A stretch of 64,000 bases of DNA from Sedimentisphaerales bacterium (GTDB lineage Bacteria > Planctomycetota > Phycisphaerae > Sedimentisphaerales > SM23-30), in assembly GCA_963662515.1 (NCBI GenBank), contig OY759675.1, forward strand, positions 302,405-366,404, given 5' to 3'. Of this stretch, positions 17,659-29,645 are shown piece after piece. The notes under the pieces were generated by a model, which did not search any database, had not been told where the DNA came from, and saw only the letters and a list, made by a program, of their open reading frames with translations. Both the position numbers and the translations under genes were made by a program. Positions within the stretch are counted from its first letter, which is position 1. Every line of letters starts with the position of its first letter.

Positions 17659-18435
17659 TTACACCAGCACTACCGGTTTGCCGGTTTGGGGGTGGCTGGT
17701 GATGATTATGTCCTGGTGGTAGGCTCTGGTGATGTACTCTGGGGTTATTACTGCTTCGGGAGTGCCATCGGTGAGCATTTCCCCTTCGTACATGAGTATA
17801 AGGCGGTCGCAATATTTTGCGGCCAGGTTCAGGTCATGAGTTACTACCATGACGGCCTTACCGTTCTGTGCCTGTCGTGCCAGTAGCGAAAAGAATGATG
17901 ATTGATGATGTAGGTCCAGACCGGTGGTGGGTTCATCAAGCAGTAGTATTTCCGGTTCCTGGGCAATAACCGAACCGAGTAATGCTCGTTGCTGTTCGCC
18001 GCCGGAGAGGCATTCAATATTTCGGTTGCGAAATTGAGTGACCCCGGCATCAGTCATGGCTGCTTCGATCGCTGCCATGTCAGATTTGCCGACAAATCCC
18101 AGTCCGTTAAGATGGCTGTATCGGCCCATAGCCACTACCTGCTCAACGGTATAGCCGGGCACTATGTTAATATGTTGGGGCAGATATCCAAGTTTGAGGG
18201 CGATTTGTTTGCGGTCAATATGGTTCATATTATCGCCGGCGAGTATTACCTTTCCCTCAAGAGGTTTGATGATCCCGGCGGCAATCTTAAGCAGAGTGCT
18301 TTTGCCTGCGCCGTTTGGTCCTATAATGCCGGTAAGTTCGCCGGAGGTGAGAGCTAAGGATACAGCTTTTACCTGTAAGCCGGAAGGGTTATACCCAAAA
18401 TGTATATTGTCTAATTTAAGCAGAGTATCTTTCAT
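17659..18435 (-). CDS. ABC transporter ATPase, iron-siderophore/cobalamin type
   Basis: GPNGAGKST, LSGGEQQR, LLLDEPTTGLD, THDLNLA. Confidence 0.9.
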   Translation of the reverse strand: MKDTLLKLDNIHFGYNPSGLQVKAVSLALTSGELTGIIGPNGAGKSTLLKIAAGIIKPLEGKVILAGDNMNHIDRKQIALKLGYLPQHINIVPGYTVEQVVAMGRYSHLNGLGFVGKSDMAAIEAAMTDAGVTQFRNRNIECLSGGEQQRALLGSVIAQEPEILLLDEPTTGLDLHHQSSFFSLLARQAQNGKAVMVVTHDLNLAAKYCDRLILMYEGEMLTDGTPEAVITPEYITRAYHQDIIITSHPQTGKPVVLV

Positions 18436-18483
18436 CTTATCTGATTCTAAAGTAAGGTCAGCTTGCTAACAAGCAATAAGTCT

Positions 18484-19443
18484 TTATTTTTGGTGGGCGT
18501 GTATGCAGTCAAAGAGCATCTGGGCGATCTTGCCGCTTCTCACTCCCGGGCGGTTAAGTATATTTTCATCCATCAGAAAAACTCTTTTATTAGCGGTGGC
18601 AGGTACATCAAGAGCGTACCATTGTCCGATAAGCTCAGCAGAACGCTCTTTAATATTCTGGGAACTGGTCGCTTCAATAATGATGTCCGGCGAACGAGTT
18701 ATCAGTGATTCCCTGGAAATGTCAGCATAGGGCAGGGGCAGGTCATTGAAGATATTTGTTCCACCAGCGATCTCAATAAGTTCAGTCAGACAGGTATCCG
18801 GCCCGACAGTGCCGATATTGGTCAAAGTGCCGGGCTTGCGATTGAGGCATAAAAAGACTCTTACGGGTTCTTCCTGTTGGTGTCTTGTATTAACTCTGGC
18901 AACCTGCGATTTAATACTCAGCAGTTCATTAGATATTTCCTGGCAAAGTGTTACGGCTTTTTCCGGGCAGTTAAGAACCTCGCCGATGTGGAGTATGTCA
19001 TTGTAAAGGCTGTTCAGGTCGGTCATTTTCAATCTTTCAAACCTGATCTTATTGGTATCGCAGAAATCTTTGATTTTTTTACTGACCCCCAGGCTGATGA
19101 CCAGATCTGGGTTAAGAGCGGTAATAGTCTCGAAATTAGTATCGAAAAAGCTGCCGACTTTAGCGATCTCATTAGTTTCAGGAGGATAATCGCTGAATAT
19201 ATCAATACCACAAAGCCTGTCTTGACAGTCCAGAGCATATATAAGTTCCGTGCCAAGTGGGGTAATGCATACTATTCTTTGTGGAAAACCTGTGGGAAAC
19301 TCTGAACTATTGTCCGTAGTATGTGTTTTTTGCGGATTTATAACTGTTTCGGTGCTGAGATTGCCAGTAATTAGCATGGCAATACCAATGAATGTGAGAG
19401 ATAAAGCGGTGATAAGTGTCTTGTCTTTGAACATTATTTTCAT
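18484..19443 (-). CDS. Periplasmic binding protein, BtuF/FepB-like helical-backbone family
   Basis: PQRIVCITP..TELIYAL, FETITALNPDLVI, ESLITRSPDIII, RPGVR. Confidence 0.85.
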   Translation of the reverse strand: MKIMFKDKTLITALSLTFIGIAMLITGNLSTETVINPQKTHTTDNSSEFPTGFPQRIVCITPLGTELIYALDCQDRLCGIDIFSDYPPETNEIAKVGSFFDTNFETITALNPDLVISLGVSKKIKDFCDTNKIRFERLKMTDLNSLYNDILHIGEVLNCPEKAVTLCQEISNELLSIKSQVARVNTRHQQEEPVRVFLCLNRKPGTLTNIGTVGPDTCLTELIEIAGGTNIFNDLPLPYADISRESLITRSPDIIIEATSSQNIKERSAELIGQWYALDVPATANKRVFLMDENILNRPGVRSGKIAQMLFDCIHAHQK

Positions 19444-19654
19444 AACTCAAGATGAATGTGCTAGTTAAGGTTATTAATTCGTTATTTAAGCTATCCGTAT
19501 CGGCTATTATAACATGTCAGTAGCCAGATCATATTGCGTCATCCATTATAGTATTAGTTATATTCGATACAATCGCTAATTACTTGCTGACCGGACTATT
19601 CGGAGGAGATTATCTGGATAAAGTTCAAAATCATAGTAAATGCCTGATTATTCA

Positions 19655-19683
19655 TTAATTGCCATTATGATGAGAGTCGATGT
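19655..19683 (+). promoter_or_regulatory. Putative sigma28 (FliA) promoter
   Basis: TTAAT 19655-19659, 16 nt, GTCGATGT 19676-19683. Confidence 0.55.
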
Positions 19684-19754
19684 AAAAGTTGGACTGATTG
19701 TTAAGCAAAGAATCAGGGAGAGAACCGTTAAAAAAAACTGGAGGCTCGGTAGCG

Positions 19755-20513
19755 ATGCGAAAAAGGAAATTTGTAGTTGGTAAAGAAACGCAGAATTTAT
19801 TACAGACTGCGTTGATGAAGAAAATGCCGCTGACCATAACTCGCAAACATGGCGAGGACTGGGAGATGTATAAATCACATATAATATCGATCCTGGGGCA
19901 TAGAATGGTAATAGCGATGCCGGAAGGTCGTGCCGATCAGCCAGTGATGGCTTATGATAAGGGGCAGGAGCTGGCAATATCGTTCAAGAAGGGTTATAAC
20001 AAGTGTTTGTTTACCAGCCGGATCATATCTCAGGGTCGAACCGAGCTTGAGCCGGGTAAATTTATCGAAACACTTATGGTTTATATACCCGAGCAGATCG
20101 AGAAGATCCAGCGTCGTATTTACGAGCGGACAATGGTGCCGTCAGGTGAGCAGATCTCAGTTAGCTTCTGGCCGATAAACGATAGTAAAAGTCGCTATGT
20201 AGGTGAGCTAACCGATTTATCGGGCGGTGGAATTGGCGTAGTGGTCAATAATTCAGTTAATCCTGAGATAGAGCCTGAGCAGCATTGTACGGTACAGTTT
20301 GTTCCTTTGCCAGGTCATGAGCCGATAATAGCAACTTCCATATATCGTCACATAACCGAGCCAGAGTCTGATGGCCGCAAGATAGGTTTTCAATTTATCG
20401 GGCTGGAGACTACCGAACAGGGGCGTATGATCCTGCGTCGTATAGGTCGTGTCGTGACTATCTATGAAAGACGAAACAGTATATCAAATAACTATTCCTG
20501 TCAGCATTATTGA
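19755..20513 (+). CDS. YcgR-like flagellar-brake PilZ protein (ORF open from 19698)
   Basis: C-terminal PilZ motifs QRRIYER (RxxxR) and DLSGGG (DxSxxG); GGAGG precedes ATG 19755. Confidence 0.8.
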   Translation: MRKRKFVVGKETQNLLQTALMKKMPLTITRKHGEDWEMYKSHIISILGHRMVIAMPEGRADQPVMAYDKGQELAISFKKGYNKCLFTSRIISQGRTELEPGKFIETLMVYIPEQIEKIQRRIYERTMVPSGEQISVSFWPINDSKSRYVGELTDLSGGGIGVVVNNSVNPEIEPEQHCTVQFVPLPGHEPIIATSIYRHITEPESDGRKIGFQFIGLETTEQGRMILRRIGRVVTIYERRNSISNNYSCQHY

Positions 20514-20540
20514 CAGATATACGGACTGGTTGTATTTAAT

Positions 20541-20579
20541 GAAAAAAAGCAGACTCGTTTGTTCGAGGCTGCTTTTTTT
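20541..20579. terminator. Bidirectional intrinsic terminator
   Basis: A7-GCAGACTCG-loop-CGAGGCTGC-T7 between convergent genes. Confidence 0.85.
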
Positions 20580-20608
20580 CGTTATAACATATATATAGCA
20601 TTATAAGG

Positions 20609-23308
<2,700 letters not shown>

Positions 23309-23553
23309 GATATAAAACCTCGTCTCTGGCTAACTATTCCCTGCGATATTTGTTGCCATAGGCTAAAACTTATGCCGGGAGGGTAATTCTATTTAAAACA
23401 CTATTACTAAAGCGATTAGCATAACATTTTTTCTTGAAATTCTCAAGGAAATATCGTTTTTCCCGGCACTATAGTTCATTTTGACAAATAGGAAGTTATA
23501 GGCCTTTACGTCAAGTGAAAAAAAATAAATTTATTTTTTAATAAAAAAATATA

Positions 23554-23582
23554 TTAAAAAAAAGCATCAACCCGGTCGATAA
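23554..23582 (+). promoter_or_regulatory. Putative sigma28 promoter
   Basis: TTAAA 23554-23558, 16 nt, GTCGATAA 23575-23582. Confidence 0.6.
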
Positions 23583-23610
23583 CTTCAGTATTAGAAGGAA
23601 GAAAGAAAAA

Positions 23611-23946
23611 ATGAATACAACATTAAAACAACCAGAGAACAGACGGGCATATCGAACAGAGATCGATTGCAGCTTGAAATTTAACCACAAACCCAGCAGT
23701 AAGTCACTGCGTGGCAGATGTCTGAATATATCTGAAACCGGCGCATTAGTAATTGTGCCGATGCAGGTTCCGGTTATCGCCGGTCAGACAGTAGAGATGA
23801 GCTTTTCCGCCAACGGCATGGAGCAGTTGGAAAAAGTTAACCTCGAAGCCCCTGCCAGTCACATGACAGCAGTTGTGACCCGTATAGACCGGTCAAATCT
23901 GCTTCAAGACGCAGGAGTAAGAGTTGGCGTGGAATTTCGTCGTTGA
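23611..23946 (+). CDS. Stand-alone PilZ domain protein
   Basis: ENRRAYR (RxxxR) and NISETG ([DN]xSxxG); ends VGVEF. Confidence 0.85.
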   Translation: MNTTLKQPENRRAYRTEIDCSLKFNHKPSSKSLRGRCLNISETGALVIVPMQVPVIAGQTVEMSFSANGMEQLEKVNLEAPASHMTAVVTRIDRSNLLQDAGVRVGVEFRR

Positions 23947-24097
23947 TTGATTTATTATTGGCCTGACGGCTTTGATATTTTCGCTGCTGTGCTTTCTGGC
24001 ATGGTGGTTTGTTTCTGATAGTTCTTTACTATTGTTATTGCTTTTTGGTTAAGACCGTAGTTTGCTTTTATTTTTGTCTGTTGTTATAATCTGAATT

Positions 24098-25189
24098 ATG
24101 ACAGATATAACAGATAATAAGGTACTCGTTGCAATGAGCGGCGGGGTTGACAGTTCGGTAGCTGCCGGTTTATTGCAAGAACAGGGCTATAGTGTAAGCG
24201 GCTTATTTATGCGTCTTGGTCAGAATCGCAGTTCGCAGGCTGATCAGCAGCTGGCTGAAGATGATGCCCGTCGTGTAGCTGATGTTCTGGGCATAGAACT
24301 GATAACCATTGATTTTCGTCAAGAGCTGGAGCAGATAATAGATTATTTCGTCGCGGAGTATCGCAGCGGTCGTACGCCTAATCCCTGTATAATGTGTAAT
24401 CGTCGGCTGAAGTTTGGCCGGGTGATCGACTATGCCCGGGAACAGGGTTTTGGCCGAGTAGCTACAGGGCATTACGCCAGAGTGGAGCATAATGCTGATA
24501 GTTCGCGTCTTTGTCGTGCTGTTGATCTGAGTAAGGATCAATCTTATTCACTTTTTGGCATGGGTTATACCCGGCTTGCCAGTGTATTGTTTCCTACCGG
24601 TAATTATCATAAGACAGAAATACGAGAGATAGCCCGGCGAATGGAATTGCCCGTACACGATAAAGGCGATTCTATGGAGATATGTTTTGTACCTGATGAT
24701 GATTATATTGCCTTACTGGCTGAACTTGCCCCAGAGCTTGACCGGCCCGGTGATGTGGTGGATACTTCGGGTAAGGTGGTTGGTCAGCATAATGGAGTGC
24801 ATCGATTTACGATCGGTCAGCGCAAGGGTGTTAATATACCTTTGGGTTATCCGGCGTATGTTATTAGTATAGATTCGGCTACAAATACCGTTGTTGTTGG
24901 CGGCAAAGAAGATGCCTACAGTTCTATCCTTTATGCTCGAGATATGGTGTGGCTGTCAGAGTTACCCCCGACGGAGCCTTTTGAGGCTGCCGTTCAGGTG
25001 CGGTATAATAATCGCAATGCCGCTCGTGGAATAATATATCCGATCTGGCAGGATGGTCAATATACAGGTGAAATGCGGGTTGAATTTTCTGAGCCGGTAT
25101 TAGCTGTTACACCTGGTCAGGCGGCGGTAGTTTACGATGGTCAGTATGTATCAGGCGGCGGCTGGATCAGTTCTTCTGCCGGGCAATAA
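24098..25189 (+). CDS. mnmA: tRNA 2-thiouridine(34) synthase
   Basis: VAMSGGVDSSV, TPNPCIMCN, ATGHYA, KDQSY, TIGQRKG, PGQAAVVY. Confidence 0.96.
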   Translation: MTDITDNKVLVAMSGGVDSSVAAGLLQEQGYSVSGLFMRLGQNRSSQADQQLAEDDARRVADVLGIELITIDFRQELEQIIDYFVAEYRSGRTPNPCIMCNRRLKFGRVIDYAREQGFGRVATGHYARVEHNADSSRLCRAVDLSKDQSYSLFGMGYTRLASVLFPTGNYHKTEIREIARRMELPVHDKGDSMEICFVPDDDYIALLAELAPELDRPGDVVDTSGKVVGQHNGVHRFTIGQRKGVNIPLGYPAYVISIDSATNTVVVGGKEDAYSSILYARDMVWLSELPPTEPFEAAVQVRYNNRNAARGIIYPIWQDGQYTGEMRVEFSEPVLAVTPGQAAVVYDGQYVSGGGWISSSAGQ

Positions 25190-26306
25190 AGGTTCTCATT
25201 ACCTGCTCAGCAGTTCTGCTGAGATTTTTGCCGGCGTTTTTGATAGAATGGGAAAGAGGCATTGGGCCGGGGCAGATCGAGTAGGCAGCGGTAAGGCCTC
25301 TGTTATATAGAGCGGAAATGTCGCCATTTATACTGCCGCACAAGGCAATAACGGGAATGCCGTTAGCTGTGTCAATGATGCCTGAGATCACTTTGCCTGA
25401 GGCCGTTGTTGAGTCGAGAGATCCTTCGCCAGTTATTATGAGATCAGCGTTTTTAACCCGGTCGAAAAAATCGGTTATTCTCAGGATGATATTTATACCT
25501 GGCTCCAGTTTGCCATCGAGAAAGGCAAGTAGTGATATGCCTATACCACCAGCAGCACCACTGCCTGGTATATTGCGAAGTTTTCGGCCGAATTCATTTT
25601 CTATCTTGGAAACGATCAGGCTGTTGGCCTGTTCTATCTGTAATATTTGTTTGTCATTTGCCCCCTTTTGTGCAGCGAAGACAAAAGCTGCTCCATCTTT
25701 GCCCAGTAGCGGATTGCTCACATCGCAGATGGCGGTGAAACGAGAGTTCATGACAGGTATTTTCAGATTTTTGCAGCTGATATTTTTTACCTGAGTGTTC
25801 AATGAGGCATTCATGTATGGTTCGATGAGCAGGCCGGAGTCATCGAAAAACTCTATGCCTAAGGCCTGAGCCATACCTGTGCCGCAATCGCAGGTAGCTG
25901 AGCCACCTAACCCTATATAAAAATCACGACAGCCTTTATGCCAGGCATCAAGGATAAGCTCGCCAACGCCGTAGGTAGTGGTCAATAGCGGGTTTCTCTC
26001 TTCTGTGCTGATAAGTTCGATGCCGGCAGCAGCAGACATTTCTATTACAGCGGCTTTTTTGCCAAAACGATCGATAATAATATATTCAGCGTTAACACTT
26101 TTGCCTGTTGGCCCGGTTACCTGTGAGATGATCTTTTCATGTTCACCGGGAAAACATTGCAGCAGCCCCTCTCCGCCGTCAGAAAGAGGTATTTGTACTA
26201 TCTCGCTGGCAGGACAGCTCAGACGAACTCCTGTAGCTATGGCTCGTGCTACATCTACAGCCCGACAGCATTCTTTAAATGAATCTGGTGCTATTACTAT
26301 TTTCAT
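25167..26306 (-). CDS. Glycerate kinase (GlxK/GarK family); ORF open to 26333
   Basis: MKIVIAPDSFK, PLSDGGEG, GLGGSATCDCG, GSGAAGG, ITGEGSLD. Confidence 0.92.
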   Translation of the reverse strand: MKIVIAPDSFKECCRAVDVARAIATGVRLSCPASEIVQIPLSDGGEGLLQCFPGEHEKIISQVTGPTGKSVNAEYIIIDRFGKKAAVIEMSAAAGIELISTEERNPLLTTTYGVGELILDAWHKGCRDFYIGLGGSATCDCGTGMAQALGIEFFDDSGLLIEPYMNASLNTQVKNISCKNLKIPVMNSRFTAICDVSNPLLGKDGAAFVFAAQKGANDKQILQIEQANSLIVSKIENEFGRKLRNIPGSGAAGGIGISLLAFLDGKLEPGINIILRITDFFDRVKNADLIITGEGSLDSTTASGKVISGIIDTANGIPVIALCGSINGDISALYNRGLTAAYSICPGPMPLSHSIKNAGKNLSRTAEQVMRTFIARQKN

Positions 26307-26357
26307 TTTGTCTGTTTTTATCTGTCTGTTCATTTTGGGCTTAACCTGATGCCACGC

Positions 26358-27743
26358 TTAACGGTTTTTAATCGCTTCGACTATTTGTTCCATTTTTGCT
26401 GATCGAGAACCTTTGGCCAGAATTGTGTCACCTGGCTCAATGATCTCCAATAGTCGCTCTGCTGCCTTTTTGCTGTCTGGTGCGGTTATTATTCTTTCTG
26501 TGTTAAACCCGGCTTCAATGGCGGCCTGAGCTGAATAATTGGTAAGCGTTCCGGCAGTAATAAGATAATCGGTTTTGCTCTGTGCAATTTTTTGGCCCAA
26601 TTCGCGATGCAGCTCTATAGTATTATCACCTAGTTCGCCCATGTCGCCACAGCAGAATATGCGGCGATTGCCGGGCTGGTCGTTCAAAACATCAAGGGCT
26701 GCGGCCATGCTGGCTGGGTTGGCATTATAGCTGTCGTCAATCATGGTAAAACCATTAATGGTTTTTATATTGAGCCGTCCGCTGACAGCATTGAAATCTT
26801 TGATCAGTTCAGCGAAATCGGCGGTAGTAATATCCATACGACGACACACCGCCAGAGCCGCCAGGGCGTTGCTGACATTATGTCTGCCTGGTACTGCCAG
26901 TCGCACTAAAACCCGGTCATTGGTCTCAAAGCTGATACCACCTTTACCATCTGGTTCTATTTTAGCGGCCCAGAGCTGACAATTTTCTGTCAGGCCAAAG
27001 GTAATGGTTTTATGTCCGCCTCTATCCAGAATAGCCAGGGCTTCAGGGTTAGCTCCGTTACAGATGACAACGCCGCCTGGCTTCATGCCATGAGCGATAG
27101 CTGTCTTTTCGATACATACTCCAGACAGGCTCTTTAGCCCTTCGAGATGAGAAGGGCCGATAGATGTTATTACTGATATGTCAGGCTGGGTTATCATCGA
27201 GAGATAATTTATTTCTCCCGGTGCATTTGTCCCCAGCTCAATAACCGCAAAATCATGGTTATTTTCAATTTCCAGTATGCTCAAGGGCGCGCCAATGGCA
27301 TTGTTAAAGTTTTTTTGCGATTGCGTTCCTTTATACTTCTTACTTAGAACATGGTAGATCATTTCCCTGGTTGTGGTCTTGCCATTAGAGCCGGTTACGG
27401 CAATGGTCTGTACCTGACTGACATGGTTAGTCCTATAATATTTTGCCAGCTTTCCCAGGGCCTCAACTGTATCGGCAACTTTATGAACATTAACCTTTCG
27501 TTCATAGATGGCTGGACTGATAGTGATATCTCGCTGAACCACCAGTTCGACAGCGCCATTGGCTACAGCTTTTTCGATATAATCGTGTCCATCGAGATTT
27601 TTACCGACTATAGCAAAGAATATCTTATCGGTGAGGTCTCCTCTGGAATCAGTGGCGATACCATGGACAAGATTATTTTCCAGAGGATTTTTCAGCGTTG
27701 AATTTATCGCTGATCTGATTTCGGCAGACATTAAAGGTCTCAA
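26358..27743 (-). CDS. murF: UDP-N-acetylmuramoyl-tripeptide--D-alanyl-D-alanine ligase
   Basis: IAVTGSNGKTTT, NFNNAIG, ELGTNAPGEI, IDDSYNANP, GDMGELG, KGSR. Confidence 0.95.
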   Translation of the reverse strand: MRPLMSAEIRSAINSTLKNPLENNLVHGIATDSRGDLTDKIFFAIVGKNLDGHDYIEKAVANGAVELVVQRDITISPAIYERKVNVHKVADTVEALGKLAKYYRTNHVSQVQTIAVTGSNGKTTTREMIYHVLSKKYKGTQSQKNFNNAIGAPLSILEIENNHDFAVIELGTNAPGEINYLSMITQPDISVITSIGPSHLEGLKSLSGVCIEKTAIAHGMKPGGVVICNGANPEALAILDRGGHKTITFGLTENCQLWAAKIEPDGKGGISFETNDRVLVRLAVPGRHNVSNALAALAVCRRMDITTADFAELIKDFNAVSGRLNIKTINGFTMIDDSYNANPASMAAALDVLNDQPGNRRIFCCGDMGELGDNTIELHRELGQKIAQSKTDYLITAGTLTNYSAQAAIEAGFNTERIITAPDSKKAAERLLEIIEPGDTILAKGSRSAKMEQIVEAIKNR

Positions 27744-27767
27744 TATGTACTCTCCTGCTTGCTTTCA

Positions 27768-28430
27768 TTAGAAATATTCTTCAATCTGATGGTCCAATTC
27801 TTCCAGAGGGCAGCCCTTACATTTTGCTTTGGGTTTGCAATGGTCTTTCCCAACCTGAACCAAAAGTGCGTGAAATTCATTATACAGTTGTATGTCAGAT
27901 TCAAGATGTGATATGCAATATTCTCTTATCTGTTCATAATCAGCTTCAGGCTCAATAAGTTTATGTCTGCTCAATACTCTGGCAGTATAGGTATCAACAA
28001 CGAAGCTGGGCATACCAAAGGCATAGAGTAAGATGCAATCGGCGGTTTCGCGTCCAATGCCGTTAATTTCTAACAGTCTTTCTCTTAATGAGTTGAGCGA
28101 GTAACTCTTGAGTATTTCCAGGTCACCTTCAGTTTGTTCCATGATCCATCTGGTGAGGTTTTTTAGTCTGTTTGCCTTGATGTTATAATAGCCAGCCGGT
28201 CTTATCATTTCTGCCAGTTCATTGCTGGGCATACCGTTTATGGTCTGGAAATCGAGAGCCTGAGCGAACTTAAGGTTATCCAGAGCCATTTCCACATTTC
28301 CCCAGTTGGTGTTTTGCACCAGAACTGCCCCAATGATGATTTCAGTTACAGAGTCGCCGGGCCACCAATTTTGTGGTCCATATTTATTGTAAAGTGTTTT
28401 GTATATTGTATTTAAGTTATTTTCTTTCAT
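27768..28430 (-). CDS. HhH-GPD DNA glycosylase / endonuclease III-related protein with 4Fe-4S motif
   Basis: GPQNWWP, GAVLVQNTNW, INGIGRETAD, VVDTYT, C-x6-C-x2-CP. Confidence 0.88.
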   Translation of the reverse strand: MKENNLNTIYKTLYNKYGPQNWWPGDSVTEIIIGAVLVQNTNWGNVEMALDNLKFAQALDFQTINGMPSNELAEMIRPAGYYNIKANRLKNLTRWIMEQTEGDLEILKSYSLNSLRERLLEINGIGRETADCILLYAFGMPSFVVDTYTARVLSRHKLIEPEADYEQIREYCISHLESDIQLYNEFHALLVQVGKDHCKPKAKCKGCPLEELDHQIEEYF

Positions 28431-28714
28431 AACTGTACTAATGTCTTATTGATTTTTTTTTTTAATCTGCTATTAAAGTAGTCTGCAAAGAGAAATATAA
28501 CTGTTCATCGCTCAATTAGCAATGGTTATTGCCCGAAATAGCCAGAGTATAGCTTAAAAACGGTATATTTGTTAACGATCGCGAAAAAAAATAAAAAAGT
28601 TTTAAAAAGCAGAAATTTTGTCTCAGAAAACTGGGCCAAAAGGCCGAAATTTACAGAAATATTATAGTGTATTAAGTTAGCAGTTAAGGCATTTTTAGAG
28701 AGGACCTTAGGAAA

Positions 28715-29116
28715 ATGGCTGAGGATATGGCTATTTTGATAGTTGTTAATAGTGAGAGCAAAGCAGAATTTTATCAGACAATGATGGAGGACCACGACAT
28801 TCCGGTCGATATAATAGACCAGGACAGTGGTGAAATAGCTGTCCGTGTGCCTCTTGATATGATAGAAGAGGCCAAGTATGTACTGTCTCAATCAGATGAG
28901 TTTGTAGAAGAAGAATCGGTTTTTGACGATTTTGACGAAGAAGATGATGATGACGATGATGACGATGATTTTTCTGACTACAGTCCATTAGATGATGATG
29001 AAGACATGGGCTTTGAAGATGACGATGACGACGATGATGATGATGATGACTATGACGACGACGATGATGATGATGGCTATGGTCGCTTCGGCGGCTATGA
29101 CGATGACGACTATTGA
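28715..29116 (+). CDS. Small protein with a PII/DUF2007-like N-terminus and a long poly-Asp tail
   Basis: AGGA upstream; tail encoded by mixed GAT/GAC/GAA repeats (about 28920-29110). The domain assignment is tentative. Confidence 0.7.
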   Translation: MAEDMAILIVVNSESKAEFYQTMMEDHDIPVDIIDQDSGEIAVRVPLDMIEEAKYVLSQSDEFVEEESVFDDFDEEDDDDDDDDDFSDYSPLDDDEDMGFEDDDDDDDDDDDYDDDDDDDGYGRFGGYDDDDY

Positions 29117-29177
29117 TAGTTGCCATGTCCGGCATGTCAGCTCAAGTTTCGTCAGTAATTACTCAGGAGTATAAGAG

Positions 29178-29582
29178 ATGGCAGAGCAGGTGATGGACAT
29201 ACAGGAAGATGCCGGGAGTAAAGGGCCAGATAAGCGAGCCGATCAGGATAGGCGTAATAAAAGTGAGAGACGCAGCGGCATGGATCGCCGCTCAGGTGTT
29301 GGAGCGGAGTATAAAGGTCCTGAGCGTCGTAAGGTTAAGGAGGAGCGTCGTATAGGCGATATGGAGCGTCGCCGTGGTCCTGGTCGTCGGCGTTGTGACG
29401 AAAGACGCAGTGCCGAAGAAGGAGAAATGACAGACGAGCAGTTTATATTTATAAAAGCCATAGAAGAATATAAACGGATAAATAAAAGGCCATTTCCCAG
29501 CTATACAGAAATACTGGAAGTGGCGATCGCATTAGGTTATCGCAAAGTTGCCGAGCCGACCGCGATCAAAGCAGCGCAATAA
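29178..29582 (+). CDS. Hypothetical protein with tandem [DE]RR motifs and a C-terminal helical domain
   Basis: SD CAGGAG; DRRNKSERRSGMDRR, YKGPERR, EERR, MERR, DERR; C-terminal EMTDEQFIFIKAIEEYKRINKRPFPSYTEIL. Confidence 0.8.
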   Translation: MAEQVMDIQEDAGSKGPDKRADQDRRNKSERRSGMDRRSGVGAEYKGPERRKVKEERRIGDMERRRGPGRRRCDERRSAEEGEMTDEQFIFIKAIEEYKRINKRPFPSYTEILEVAIALGYRKVAEPTAIKAAQ

Positions 29583-29587
29583 ATACT

Positions 29588-29620
29588 ACCAGCCGGGCTT
29601 TGTGCCTGGTTGGTTTTTTT
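29588..29620 (+). terminator. Rho-independent terminator
   Basis: ACCAGCCGGGC/GCCTGGTTGGT stem followed by a T run. Confidence 0.7.
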
Positions 29621-29645
29621 GCTTTTTGGGTATCTGGAGGGGAAT

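Noticed and set aside
28746-29174. His/Arg-rich ORF 28746-29135 (-) and Met/Thr-rich ORF 28992-29174 (+)
   Set aside because: Alternative-frame shadows of the GAT/GAC tract in the poly-Asp gene.
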